Assembly: GCA_964409245.1 (NCBI GenBank)
Contig: CAYPCQ010000005.1
Coordinates: forward strand, 30,879 to 94,878
Reading direction: 5' to 3'
DNA: 64,000 bases
Source of the DNA: an uncultured Verrucomicrobiota bacterium
Lineage (GTDB): Bacteria > Verrucomicrobiota > Verrucomicrobiia > Limisphaerales > UBA1319
The notes beneath the pieces were generated by a model, which saw only the letters and a program-made list of their open reading frames with translations, had not been told where the DNA came from and did no database searches. Both the position numbers and the translations under genes were made by a program. How positions within the stretch are numbered: position 1 is the stretch's first letter; every line of letters starts with the position of its first letter. Of the stretch, positions 51,301-63,300 are shown one piece after another.

Positions 51301-54300
51301 CCGGAACAGATCGGCTACTTCGAAGCGCATGGCACTGGGACACGCCTGGGGGATCCAGTGGAGGCGAACGCTCTCATACGGGCCTTTGGGGCCTTCACGC
51401 AGAAGCGTCATTTTTGCGCGATCGGCAGCACCAAAGCCCACCTCGGACATGCCTCCGCGGCGGCGGGAGTGATCGGCCTCATCCGGATCCTGCTTTCGAT
51501 GCGCGCCCGCCGCATTCCCGGCTTGCTGCATTTCCAATCGCTTAATCCGCTCATCGCCTTCGAAAATTCCGCGTTCCATATCAACCGGGAGCCGATGGAA
51601 TGGAAGGGAACCAACGGCCAGCCGTTGATGGCCGCGATGAATGCCTTCGGGCACAGCGGCACGAATGTGCACCTGGTCGTCCAGGAACATATCGCCGAAG
51701 GCCGGCCGGGCCTCCAGCCAGGCGGGCCGGGCCTGGTGGTCTTATCCGCCAGGAATCCGGAGCGGCTGGCGGAAACCGTCCGCCAATTCCTCGATTTTTC
51801 CCGGGGCTGCCTGGACGCGGAATTGGCTGAAGTTTGTTACACCCTGCAGGTGGGGCGGGAGGCGATGAATGAGCGCCTGGGTTTGGTGGTGCAATCATGG
51901 GCTGAATTGCGGGAGAAGCTGAACGCCTTTCTCGGGGGCGAACCGCGAGTGGAAGGCCTCGTGCGGGGTTCGGCCAGAACCCATCGGGAAGCCCTGGCTG
52001 CCTTTCTGCAGGATGAAGATGCCGGCCAGGCGATCGTGGCCTGGTTCGCCAAGCGCAAATACAACAAATTACTCGATGTTTGGGTGAAGGGATTCCCGGT
52101 GGATTGGCGGCGGCTTTATCCGGGGCCAATCCCGCAGCGCCGGCATTTGCCCCCATACCCCTTTGCCAACGACCGGTATCCCACACCGCCGATGCCGGGC
52201 TTGGTGAATCCAACGTTGCCTGCCGGGGAGGCGGCGCTGGAAACCGGCCGCCAGAGTGGCCCGCCTCGGGCGCCGGCCGCGAGTGGGGCGGCCGCTCCTG
52301 GTCAGGCTGCGGGATCGCCCGCGGGCGATGGCTGGGCTGGGGTTTCCTTCGTGCCCGTCTGGGAGCCGCGCGCCGCGCAGCCGGAGCCCCGCCTGGCTCC
52401 TCGCACCGTGCTGCTGGCCTATCATCCCTCGTTTTGCGGTTTCGAGCAGAGTATTATCAGCCATTACCGCCAGCTATCGCCGCCGGTTTCCCTGGTCGCG
52501 TGCGATCTTTCAAAGAATCCAGCCGAACTCACGGCGGCCCTGGCAAAGATGCCGCAGCCCGATTGCTTCTATTTCCTGTCGATTCCCAATCCGCTCCCGA
52601 ATGGGAATCCATGCCAGCACCTCGCCGAAGACCTGGAAAAACACGAACTGGCACTCCTGCGCCTCTTGAAGGCCTTGAAGCAGCAAGCGGCCAGAACTGC
52701 CGTCATGGACGTTTTTATTTTGACGGCCGGCCACTATCGGGTGGGCCTCGAGGAGGTCGTGCCCACCGGTGGCGGAGTCACGGGGCTGGCCTATTCCCTC
52801 GCCCAGGGGGACCATCGGTTCCGGGTCCGCAATATCGATTTGTCAAGGGAGGATCTGGCGGGTGCTGATCGGCACGCCGCGTTGCTCGAGCAGATTCATG
52901 CGGAAGGCGCTTCCGGCCGGGGTGAGGTGGTCAAGTTGTGCGATGGCCTGCGCTTTGAGCGGACCTTCCACCGGTGGCATTGGGAGGGCTGGCGAACCGG
53001 CTCGGGCCTGAGGCCGGGAGGGGTTTATGTCATTCTTGGCGGGAGCGGGGTGGTGGGCGGTGTCATCACCCGTGGCCTGATGCAGCATCACGGTGCGCGG
53101 GTGGCCTGGCTGGGGCGCAGATCCAGGGAGGATGCGGGCATCCAGGCGCAGCTTCGCGCCTGCACGCAGGGGGGGCAGGCGCCGGATTATTATGAGGCCG
53201 ATGCTCTCCAGCCCGAGTCGCTGGCGCGGGCGGTGGCCCAGATCAAGCAGCGCTATGGAAAGATCCATGGCGCCGTCTTTGCTGGATTGATTTTCGATCC
53301 GAAGAACGACCTGGAGCACACCACGGAGGAAACCTTCGCGCAAATCGTGGGCCTCAAGGCCCTGGGCGGTTTCAATTTTTACCAATGCCTGAGGGCGGAG
53401 GATCTGGATTTCCTATGCCATTTTTCATCCATCCAGGCCTTTCCGTTTCTGCCGGCCCGGGAAAGTTGCGGATACGCCGCGGGCATCACCTTTGCGGATA
53501 CGTTGGCGGCGTGTTTGGGGCCGGAAGCGCCTTTCCCGGTGGGGGTCATCAACTGGGGATACTGGGAACGGTCCGTTTCCGGGACTGAGCTGGAAGCGCG
53601 GCTGGCCGAGCGTTTTGGATTGATTTCGGACCTGGCAGGTTTCGGATTCTTTGAACGGTTCACCAATCTGCTCCGGAACCGTGCCGCCAGCCAGATGGTT
53701 TGCATGGGCACGGCGGAGCGCGTCCAAACCTTGATGGGCGGCCCCAAGGCGGATATCCTTTCGGCCCAGGAGGCCACTGCGGGCAGCCTGGCTCCCGGAT
53801 TATTCCAGGATAGCCCGCAGCGCCTGGCGGAGGTGCAGAACCTGGTTGAGGAAAATCCGCTCCCAGCTTTCGAGCCGTGGATGATCCGCCTGCTTGAGGC
53901 GCAGCTGCGGCGCATGGATGCCTATGGCCACGACGGCGCTTTGAAAAGCGCGCACGAAATGCAATCCGCCGGATTGCTGGCAGAACATTACCGGCCCTGG
54001 TGGGAGGAGTGCAGAGGCTTGGTGGAGCGGGGGGGCGGCAGGCCTGCTTCCATTCCAAACCCCGACGATGTATGGGAACTGTGGGATCGTGAAAAGCTGG
54101 CTTTCCTGGAGAATCCCAATCTCCGGTGGGCGGTGGAGCTGGTTGAAAACTGCCTGCGTAACCTGCCTGCGGTCCTCAAAGGTGAGGTCCAGGCGACCAA
54201 CATCCTTTTCCCGAAGGCCTCCCTGCAGCCAGTGGAGCATCTCCATCAAGGCAACGCACTGGCTGATTGCCTGAATGGCATCGTGGCCGATTCCCTGGCG

Positions 54301-57300
54301 CGCTATGTGCAGCATCGCCTCCAATCGGACCCGGGGGCGGCGATCCGGATCCTGGAGGTGGGCGCTGGAACGGGAGGAACCACCGGCGCCGTTTTGGCGG
54401 GCTTGGGGAATGGCGGGGGAAATATTGCCGAATACGCCTACAGCGACGTCTCCCAGGCGTTCCTGGCCCATGGGCAAAAACAGTTTGCCGCGAATCACCC
54501 ATGCCTGACCTTCTCCATATGGAATATTGAAACGCCGCCGCTGCGGGATTGGGTGGGGCGCTACGACGTGGTCATCGCCACGAACGTGCTGCATGCCACC
54601 CGCAACATCCGGGAGACGCTCCAACACCTGAAGGTGGTGCTCAAGCGCCACGGTTTGCTGATCCTGAATGAGGTCGTTGAAAAATCGCTTCTAGGAACCC
54701 TGACGTTTGGATTGCTGGATGGTTGGTGGCGTTTTCAAGATCGTGAAATCAGGATTCCTGGGACGCCGCTTTTGGCGCCCGGCCGGTGGCAATCGGTATT
54801 GCATCAGGAGGGTTTTGCAGCGGTGGTGTTTCCGGTGGCGGCAACCCGCAAATTGGGGCAGCAGGTGGTGATTGCGGAAAGCGATGGGATCTTTCATTTG
54901 CCGGTGGCGCCGCTCCCCGGGCCAGGCGCCACGGCTTGCCCCGCGGTGGAGGCCTCAGCACCCCAAGCCAGCCTGCGGGTGAGGAAAACCGAGGTGCGAA
55001 TGGCGGTGGCGGAGGTCATCGGGCAATCGCTCGCCGAATCATTGAATATCCCCTCCGCTAAAATTGATCGGGATTGCTCGTTTTCGGACTACGGCATCGA
55101 CTCCATTCTGGGCGTGGGTTTTATCGATTTGGTGAACGCCCGTTTGCACACCGATCTGGGCACCGCCATTATTTTTGATTACTCCACCGTGGATCAACTG
55201 GCCGGACATGTCCTGCAGGCGTTTCCGGCGGTTGCCGATGCTTTCAATAGCCGTGGCGAGACCGCCGGGCCGGATCTCCCGCAGGAAAAACCGCCCGGGC
55301 CGGAAATCAAGCCGGATTCCGCACCGGCTGGGGCCGGGCCTGATTTGGCAGCCGGGGCTTTGGTGGCCCCTGGCCAGGGGGATTCTCCGATCGCGGTGAT
55401 CGGCATGTCAGGGCAGTTTCCAGGAGCGGAAAACGTGGCGCGTTTTTGGGAAAACCTGATGGCGGGTGTCGATGGCATCAGCGTGCTGCCAGATCGCTAT
55501 CTGAAGGAGGAATTATTCCGCTTGCAGGGCGCTGGGGAAGGTTATCGGTGGGGCGGCATTCTGGAAGGGCGCGATCATTTTGATCCCTTGTTTTTCAGGA
55601 TTTCCCCGCGCGAGGCGGAGTCGATGAGCCCGCACCAGCGTTTGGTTTTGCAGGAAGGCTGGAAAAGCCTGGAGGATGCCGGCTACAATCCCCGCGGCCT
55701 GCAGAACCAGCGCGTCGGCGTTTTTATCGGGGCCGAGCCGGCGGGATACTTTCACGAATCCTTCACCGGTTCTTCGGATGCCATTGTGGCCTCGCGGCTT
55801 TCCTATCATCTCAACTTGCGGGGCCCCGCCCTGGCGGTGAACACCGGGTGCTCCTCTTCGGCGGCGGCCATTCACCTGGCCTGCGAAAGCCTGCGGAGAC
55901 ACGAAACGGACCTGGCCCTGGCGGGGGGTGTCTGCGCCACGGTCGGGCCCAGCGGATTGAATGTCCTCTCGGATGCCGGCATGCTTTCCCCGACCGGCCA
56001 GTGCCACAGCCTGGATGGGTCAGCCAATGGCACGGTATTGTCCGAGGGCGTGGGCGTGGTGGTGCTCAAACGGTTGGCGGATGCACTGGCCGCGGGGGAC
56101 GCCATCCACGGGGTGATCCAGGCTTCCGGCATGAACCAGGATGGCGCCAGCAATGGCATTTCGGCGCCCAACGGGATCGCCCAGGAGGCGCTGATCGCCG
56201 ATGTTTACCGGCGGTTTGGGATTGATCCTGAACAGATTGGTTATGTCGAAACGCATGGCACCGCGACGCGGCTCGGGGACCCGGTCGAGGTCAACGCGTT
56301 GATCCGGGCGTTCCGGCAATTCACGGCGAAGACGCACTTCTGCGCGTTGGGGAGCGCCAAGGCGCATATCGGCCACACCTCGGCTGCCTCCGGGGTGATC
56401 GGATTGATCAAGGTGCTCCTGACGCTCCAGCAACGAGTGATTCCGGGCTTGCTGCATTTTGAAGCGATCAATCCCCTGTGCCAAATCGAAGGCTCAGCCT
56501 TCCTGGTGAACCAGGCCCCGCGGGACTTGGCCGCAGACGGTGGCCACCCCAGGATGGCCGCCTTAAGCTCTTTTGGACACAGCGGCACCAATGTGCACCT
56601 GGTCGTGCGGGAGCCTGTGGAAAGCCTGGCCTGCCAGGCCCGGCCAGCCTCAGGGGGGCCGCAGTTGGTTGTTTTATCCGCCAAAAGCGGGGAACGGCTC
56701 AACGCGCTGGCCAGGAACCTGGGCGCTTTTCTCGAAAGCCATCCGGATACCGCGCTGGCCGAGCTGGCCTACACGCTGCAAGTGGGACGTGATGCCATGC
56801 CCGAGCGGGTGGCGTGGCTCGTCAAGGACAACTCCGATTTGGCGGAAAAGCTCCGCCTCTTCCTCAGTGGCGCGCCTTTGGGCGCCGATGGTTGGAGAGG
56901 GCACGTGGATGAGGAATCTTCAGCCATCCGGTGGCTGGCCGCGGATGAGGATGCGCGGGAGCTGGTGGGCAAGTGGATCAGTGCCGGCAAACTGGAGAAG
57001 CTCGGGGAGCTTTGGGCGCAAGGCTTTGAAATCGACTGGAAACAACTCCACGGCGGCGGCGGGGGGCGGCGCCGGATCCATCTGCCGACGTATCCTTTTG
57101 TTCGCGACTCCTATTGGATTCCAGCGGCCACCACGAGGATGGCGGAGGCGGTGGCAGGTTCAGCCGATCGGCACCCATTAGTGCACGAGAACCGCTCGAG
57201 CTTTTTGCGCCAGCGGTTTTCCTCGCGGTTCACCGGCGCCGAGTTTTTCTTCAATGACCACCGGGTGCGGGGCATCAAAGTGTTGCCGGGAGTGGCCCAC

Positions 57301-60300
57301 CTGGAAATGGCCCGCGCCGCTGTGGAAGAGGCCCTGGCCCTGGAATCGGAATCCCAAACCAAGGCCGCTGGGTTGCCCAAGCCCACCGTCCTGCGCCAGG
57401 TCACCTGGCTGCGGCCGCTGTGCCTCAAGAACCCCGGGCTGGAGGTTCAAATTGAATTGACGCGACATGATGCCGGGGCCATTGGCTTTGAAATCTGCAC
57501 GCACGACGTGACCGATGGGAAAACCGTGTATTCCCAGGGCACGGTTTCCTGGGAAGCAGTCGCGGAATCCCCGGTGATCGATCTCTCCGGACTGAGGGAG
57601 GCAATCCGCCAAGGCTGTTATACCCCCGGCCAGTGTTACGAAACTTTTCGGCAGCTGGGAATCGAGTATGGAAACGGCCATAGGGGGCTGGAGGAGCTTT
57701 ATGTTGGGGATGGCCAATTGCTGGCCAGGATCGGCCTGCCAGACGCGGTTGCCGATACCAAAGACCAATACACGCTTAATCCCTCCCTGCTCGATGCGGC
57801 GCTGCAAGGGTTTATTGGCTTCATGATGGGCCGGGCCGGGGAGGCTTCCCCCACCGCTCTCAAACCATCCCTTCCTTTCGCCTTGGAGCGGCTCGAAATA
57901 CTCGCCCCATGCCCCTCCTCGATGTGGGCCTGGATTCGGTCCTCAGCCGGCAGCGCCCCTGGGGACAAGGTTGCCAAATTCGACATTGATCTCTGTGACG
58001 GCCAGGGGCGGATCTGTGTGCGGATGCAGTGCTTCTCCACCCGCCTGCTCGATGATGGGCTGGCCGCGGACGCCGGAACACCCTCCCCGGAGGCCCATCT
58101 GCTGATCCAGAGCCCGGTGTGGAACGTGGTGCCATCATCTGCGCGGCGGGGGCCGAGGGAACCAAAGCCGGGCGCCCACCTGGTGGTCATCGGCGGATCT
58201 GGCCGGGACCAGCAAAGCCTCCAAGACCTGTATCCGGAAACGACGTTCCTGGCGGTTGAGCCGGACCAGCTCCGGACCCAACTGGCAGCGGTGGCGCGGG
58301 TGGATCATGTGCTCTGGATCGCCCCTTGGGAAACGGTGGAGTCCCTGACCGACGAAAGGCAGGTGTCCAACCAGGCGGAGGGGGTTTACCAAGTGTTCGG
58401 CATCGTCAAAGCATTATTGAGCCGGGGTTTCGGCGATCGGGATCTGGCTTGGACCTTCATTACCCGGCAAACGCACGCGGTTTGGCCGGGCGACACCGCC
58501 TATCCCCTGCATGCGAGCGTGCACGGATTCGTCGGATCGCTGGCGAAGGAATACCCCCATTGGAAGATTCGGCTGCTGGATCTGCCGGGAGCTGGGGATT
58601 TGCCCTGGCGATCGATGCTGGAAATGCCTTTCTCCCCGGCGGGGGACGCCTGGTTTTATCGCCATGGCGAATGGTTTGAGCGTTCGTTGATCGCGGTTGG
58701 CAGCCTTGCCTCCGAGGCGCCTCTTTATCGCCAGGATGGTGTCTATGTTGTGATTGGAGGGGCGGGAGGGATTGGGGAGGCCTGGACCCGCTTCATGATC
58801 GAGAACTACCGGGCCAAGGTGTATTGGATTGGCCGGCGCAGCCTCGATGCGGCTATTCAGGAGCGGTTGGATCGTTTCGCGGGCGCGGATCTGCGGCCCG
58901 AATACCTGTGTGCCAATGCGGCGGAGCTGGCTCCCCTCCAAGTGGCTTATTCCCGCATCAAGGAGCGGCATGGCGTGATTCATGGCGTCGTCCATTCCGC
59001 CATTGTGCTGCTCGACAAGAGCCTCGCCAACATGGACGAAGCCCGGTTCCGGGCGGGGCTGGAGGCCAAAGTGGAGGCCAGCGTGCGCATCGCCCAGGTG
59101 TTCGGTGGCGAGCCGCTCGATTTCCTGCTCTTTTTCTCCTCTCTGCAGTCGTTTTCCAAGGCTCCCGGACAAAGCAATTACGCCGCTGGCTGCACTTTCA
59201 AGGACGCCTTTGCCGGCGCGCTGGCCAGGGAGCGGGCTTATCCTGTGAAGGTGGTCAACTGGGGGTATTGGGGCAGTCTCGGCATCGTCAAGGACGCCGC
59301 CTGCCACCAGCGCATGGCGCTGGGAGGAATGGGATCCATCGAGCCTGAGGAAGGCCTGGCGGCGCTCCAGCAAGTCATGAGCGGATCGCTTGGCCAGGCC
59401 GCCATTTCCAAGCTCATCGCCACCCCGGCCGCCGGCAATCCCCGGCTTGAGCCGGAATGGATGCGGGTTTTATCCCGGCCCGGATGGCCGCCCGGTTGGG
59501 CTTTTCTGGAGCAGAAGGCGCCGTCGGAGGCTGAGCAATGGCTGCCGCGGATCACGGATTTGGAGCCGGTGGAAATGGAGCAAACGCTGGTTGGCTTGCT
59601 ATGGGCAGGCCTGAACACCGCGGGCGTGCTCGAAGGCGAAGCCATCAACCGGTCCGCGGTCCGCCCGGGCTATCAGGCCTGGCTGGATCAGAGCCTGGCC
59701 ATCCTGAAGGCCCATGGGTGGCTCGCGCGGCCGGGAGCCAGGGGGGGCGCACCGGAATCCGTCCCCAGCGCCGGAGCGCAATGGGAGGCCTGGGAAAAGG
59801 CCCGGAGCGGATGGCTCAAGGATGAAAGGGTGGCGGCGCAAATGACCTTGCTGGAGGCCTGCCTGCGCGCGCTTCCGGACCTGCTGCTGGGGCGCCGCAA
59901 AGCCACGGATGTGCTGTTCCCGGCCTCTTCCACACGCCTCGTAGAGGGGGTTTACCAGGGCAACCCAGTGGCGGATTTCTTCAACGAGCAACTGGCGGAT
60001 GTGCTGGTGGCCTATCTAAAGGCGCGGACCGCGCAGCCTGGCGCGCCACGGCTGCGGATTTTGGAGGTGGGCGCCGGAACCGGGGGGACCAGCGCGGGGT
60101 TGCTGGCAAAACTCAAGCCCTTCGAGGCCTGGATTGAGGAATACTGCTATACGGATATCTCCAAGGCGTTCCTGTTCCACGCCGAGAAGGTTTTCGCGCC
60201 CACCTATCCGTTTGTCACCACCAGGCTTTTTGATGTCAGCCGGCCTTTGGCTGAGCAGGAAGTTCCTTTGGGCGGCTTTGACGTTTGTGTGGCGACCAAT

Positions 60301-63300
60301 GTCCTGCACGCCACGGAGGACATCCGGTGGACACTCAGGAATGTGAAGGCCGCCCTGCAGCGGGGCGGGCTGCTCCTGATCAACGAACTGTGCCGGAGCA
60401 GCCTTTTTGCCCATCTGACTTTCGGCCTGCTCGATGGCTGGTGGCTTTACCAGGATGCTGAATTGAGGATTCCCGGCTGTCCCGGGCTGTACCCGGAAAC
60501 CTGGTTGAGGCTGCTGGGCCAGGAGGGCTTTGGCCGGGCCGTTTTTCCGGCGCGGCACCGGCATGATCTCGGGCAGCAACTCATTGTGGCTGAGAGCGAT
60601 GGCGTCATCCGGCAGCAGCAGGCCCGGCCCGCCGCTCCGCCGCCGGTGCAACCCGAGGCGAAACCCGGCCCGGTGGAACCGGTTGGTGAATCATTGAAAG
60701 CCCGCGCCAGCGCGTATCTCAAACGCTTGATTGCCGGTGAGCTGCGAATGAAGCCGGGCCAGTTGGATGCGGCCAAGCCGCTGGAGGCCTACGGGATGGA
60801 TTCGATCCTGGTGGTCCACCTGACAAATGCCCTGCGCAAACACTTTGAGAATATCACCAGCACCTTGTTTTTCGAAGTGCAGACGATCGACGCCTTGGTG
60901 GATCACTTGCTGAAACACCAAAAGGAGGCGGTGATCAGGAACGTGGGAATGGCGGCGCCGCCGGAATCCACTGCCCGGCAAGCCACCACCGGTCCCGTTG
61001 CGCCTGTGCCATCGGTTTCGCCTGCCCCTCCCGCCATGGAGCGGCCAGCGCGGCTGGCCGCCCCGGTTCCGCCGCCGCCGCCCGCCAGTGCGGAGATTGC
61101 CATCGTTGGCCTGAGCGTTCGTTTTCCGCAGGCGCGCGACGTCGATGAATTCTGGAGCAATTTGAAAGCGGGCCGGAACTGCATTACCGAGATCCCCAAA
61201 GAGCGCTGGGATTGGACGCTCCATTACCACGAGGAGGCTGGCCGCCGTGGCAGCTACTATTCCAAATGGGGCGGTTTTGTGGCGGACGCCGCCTGCTTCG
61301 ACCCCTTGTGCTTCCAGATTTCCCCCCGGGAAGCCCACCGCATGGATCCGCAGGAGCGGATTTTCCTGGAGACTGCTTACGCCTGCATCGAGGACGCGGG
61401 CTACACGCCGGGGACGCTCTGCCAGTCGCGGCGCGTGGGGGTGTTTGTGGGGGTGATGAACAGCGCCTATCATCCACTGCCCAACTACTCTTCGGTGGCC
61501 AACCGGGTCTCCTACCAGCTGGATTTGCAGGGCCCCAGCCTGGCGGTCGATACCGCCTGCTCAGCCTCGCTGACCGCCATCCATCTGGCCATCGAAAGCC
61601 TTGTTTCGGGGACGAGTGAATGCGCCCTTGCGGGCGGCGTGAATCTCAACTTGAGCCCGCTCCACTACCTGCGGTTGAGCGAGGCCCGGATGCTATCGCC
61701 GGGTCCGGAATGCAGGCCGTTTGGGAGCGGCGCCGATGGCATGGTGGATGGTGAGGGCGTTGGGGCCGTGCTCCTCAAGAAATTAAGCCAGGCGATCGCG
61801 GATGGGGATCACATTCACGGGGTGATCAAGGCCAGTGCGGTGAATGCCGGTGGCAAAACCAACGGATACACGGTGCCGAATCCGGTCGCCCAGGCCCGCC
61901 TGGTTGCCGATGCCCTCGACCGTGGGGGCATTCCTCCCCGAACCATATCCTATATTGAGGCCCATGGGACAGGCACGGTGTTGGGTGATCCCATTGAAAT
62001 CATCGGTCTTACCCGCGCGTTCCAGGAAGTATCCAAGCAGGCCACGCCGGATCTCCAATTCTGCGCCGTGGGTTCGATCAAGTCCAATATTGGCCATTGC
62101 GAGAGCGCGGCGGGAATCGCCGGCCTGGCCAAGATCCTGCTGCAGCTGAAGCACGGGCAGTTGGCGCCGTCGCTGCACGCCGAGTCCACCAATCCCAACA
62201 TCGATTTCGCTCGCACGCCTTTCTACGTTCAACAGAAGCTCCAGGAGTGGCAGCGCCCTGTGCTCCTTATCGATGGAGTGGAAACCACCTGCCCGCGCCG
62301 GGCGGGCCTCTCGTCCTTTGGAGCGGGCGGCGCCAACGCCCACTTGGTGGTGGAGGAATTCCTGCCGCCGGCCCGGTCATGGGCCAATGAGCCGGCAGGC
62401 TCGGAATCCGCCGCCATTGTATTATCCGCCCGAACCGCTGAAAGCCTGGCGGAGGTGGTGGGGCGGCTGTTGAAGTTCCTGGATGATCATCCGGGCGTTT
62501 GCCTGGGGGATCTGGCCTATACTTTGCAGGTTGGTCGCGAAGCGAAGGAGCAACGGCTGGGATTGGCGGTCCGGTCGGTGCCTGAACTCCGGGAGAAGCT
62601 CACCTTGTGGCAGCAAGGGGAAACGGGAATCGAAGGTTTATATGGTGGCGATCCCCAAGCGGCCCGCGAGACCATGTCGCTGTTCAGCGCCGATGAAGAG
62701 CTCGGGGAAGCGGTGGCCAAGTGGATTTCGCGGAGGAAAATCGACCGGCTGCTGGAGCTGTGGGTGAAGGGACTGGGAGTGGATTGGAGCGGGCTTCACC
62801 CAGCGGGCCGAAGGGCTCGCATCAGCCTGCCAACCTATCCTTTTGCCCGCGAGCGATACTGGCATGCCGAATCCAGTGCCCTTCCCAATGGAATACCCGG
62901 GCCGGCGATCGAACTGACACCCGCAGCCCATCCACCCTTGGCGGATCTTCCCGCGGGCAGCAAGGCTCCGCGCATCACGTTAACGCCGTTGTCCGCCGCC
63001 AGTTCCGCCGTCGCGGAAATGCCGGTTCCGAAGGCCAATGAAATGGCTGCCCTGGCGCAGGCAGTGGCCCGGGATGAGGATTTGGAGCAGCAGTTGGCTG
63101 CCAGCCTGGCGGAAGCCCTTTTGATGAAGCCCGGCGCCATCGATCCCGAGAAGTCGTTCGTCGAACTGGGCTTGGATTCCATCGTCGGTGTGGAGTGGAT
63201 TCAGACGCTCAATAAAGCATACGGATTGCGTTTATCCGTGACCAAGCTGTACGACCACCCCAACCTTCGCCAATGGGCGGCGTTTATCCGTGAACAACTG

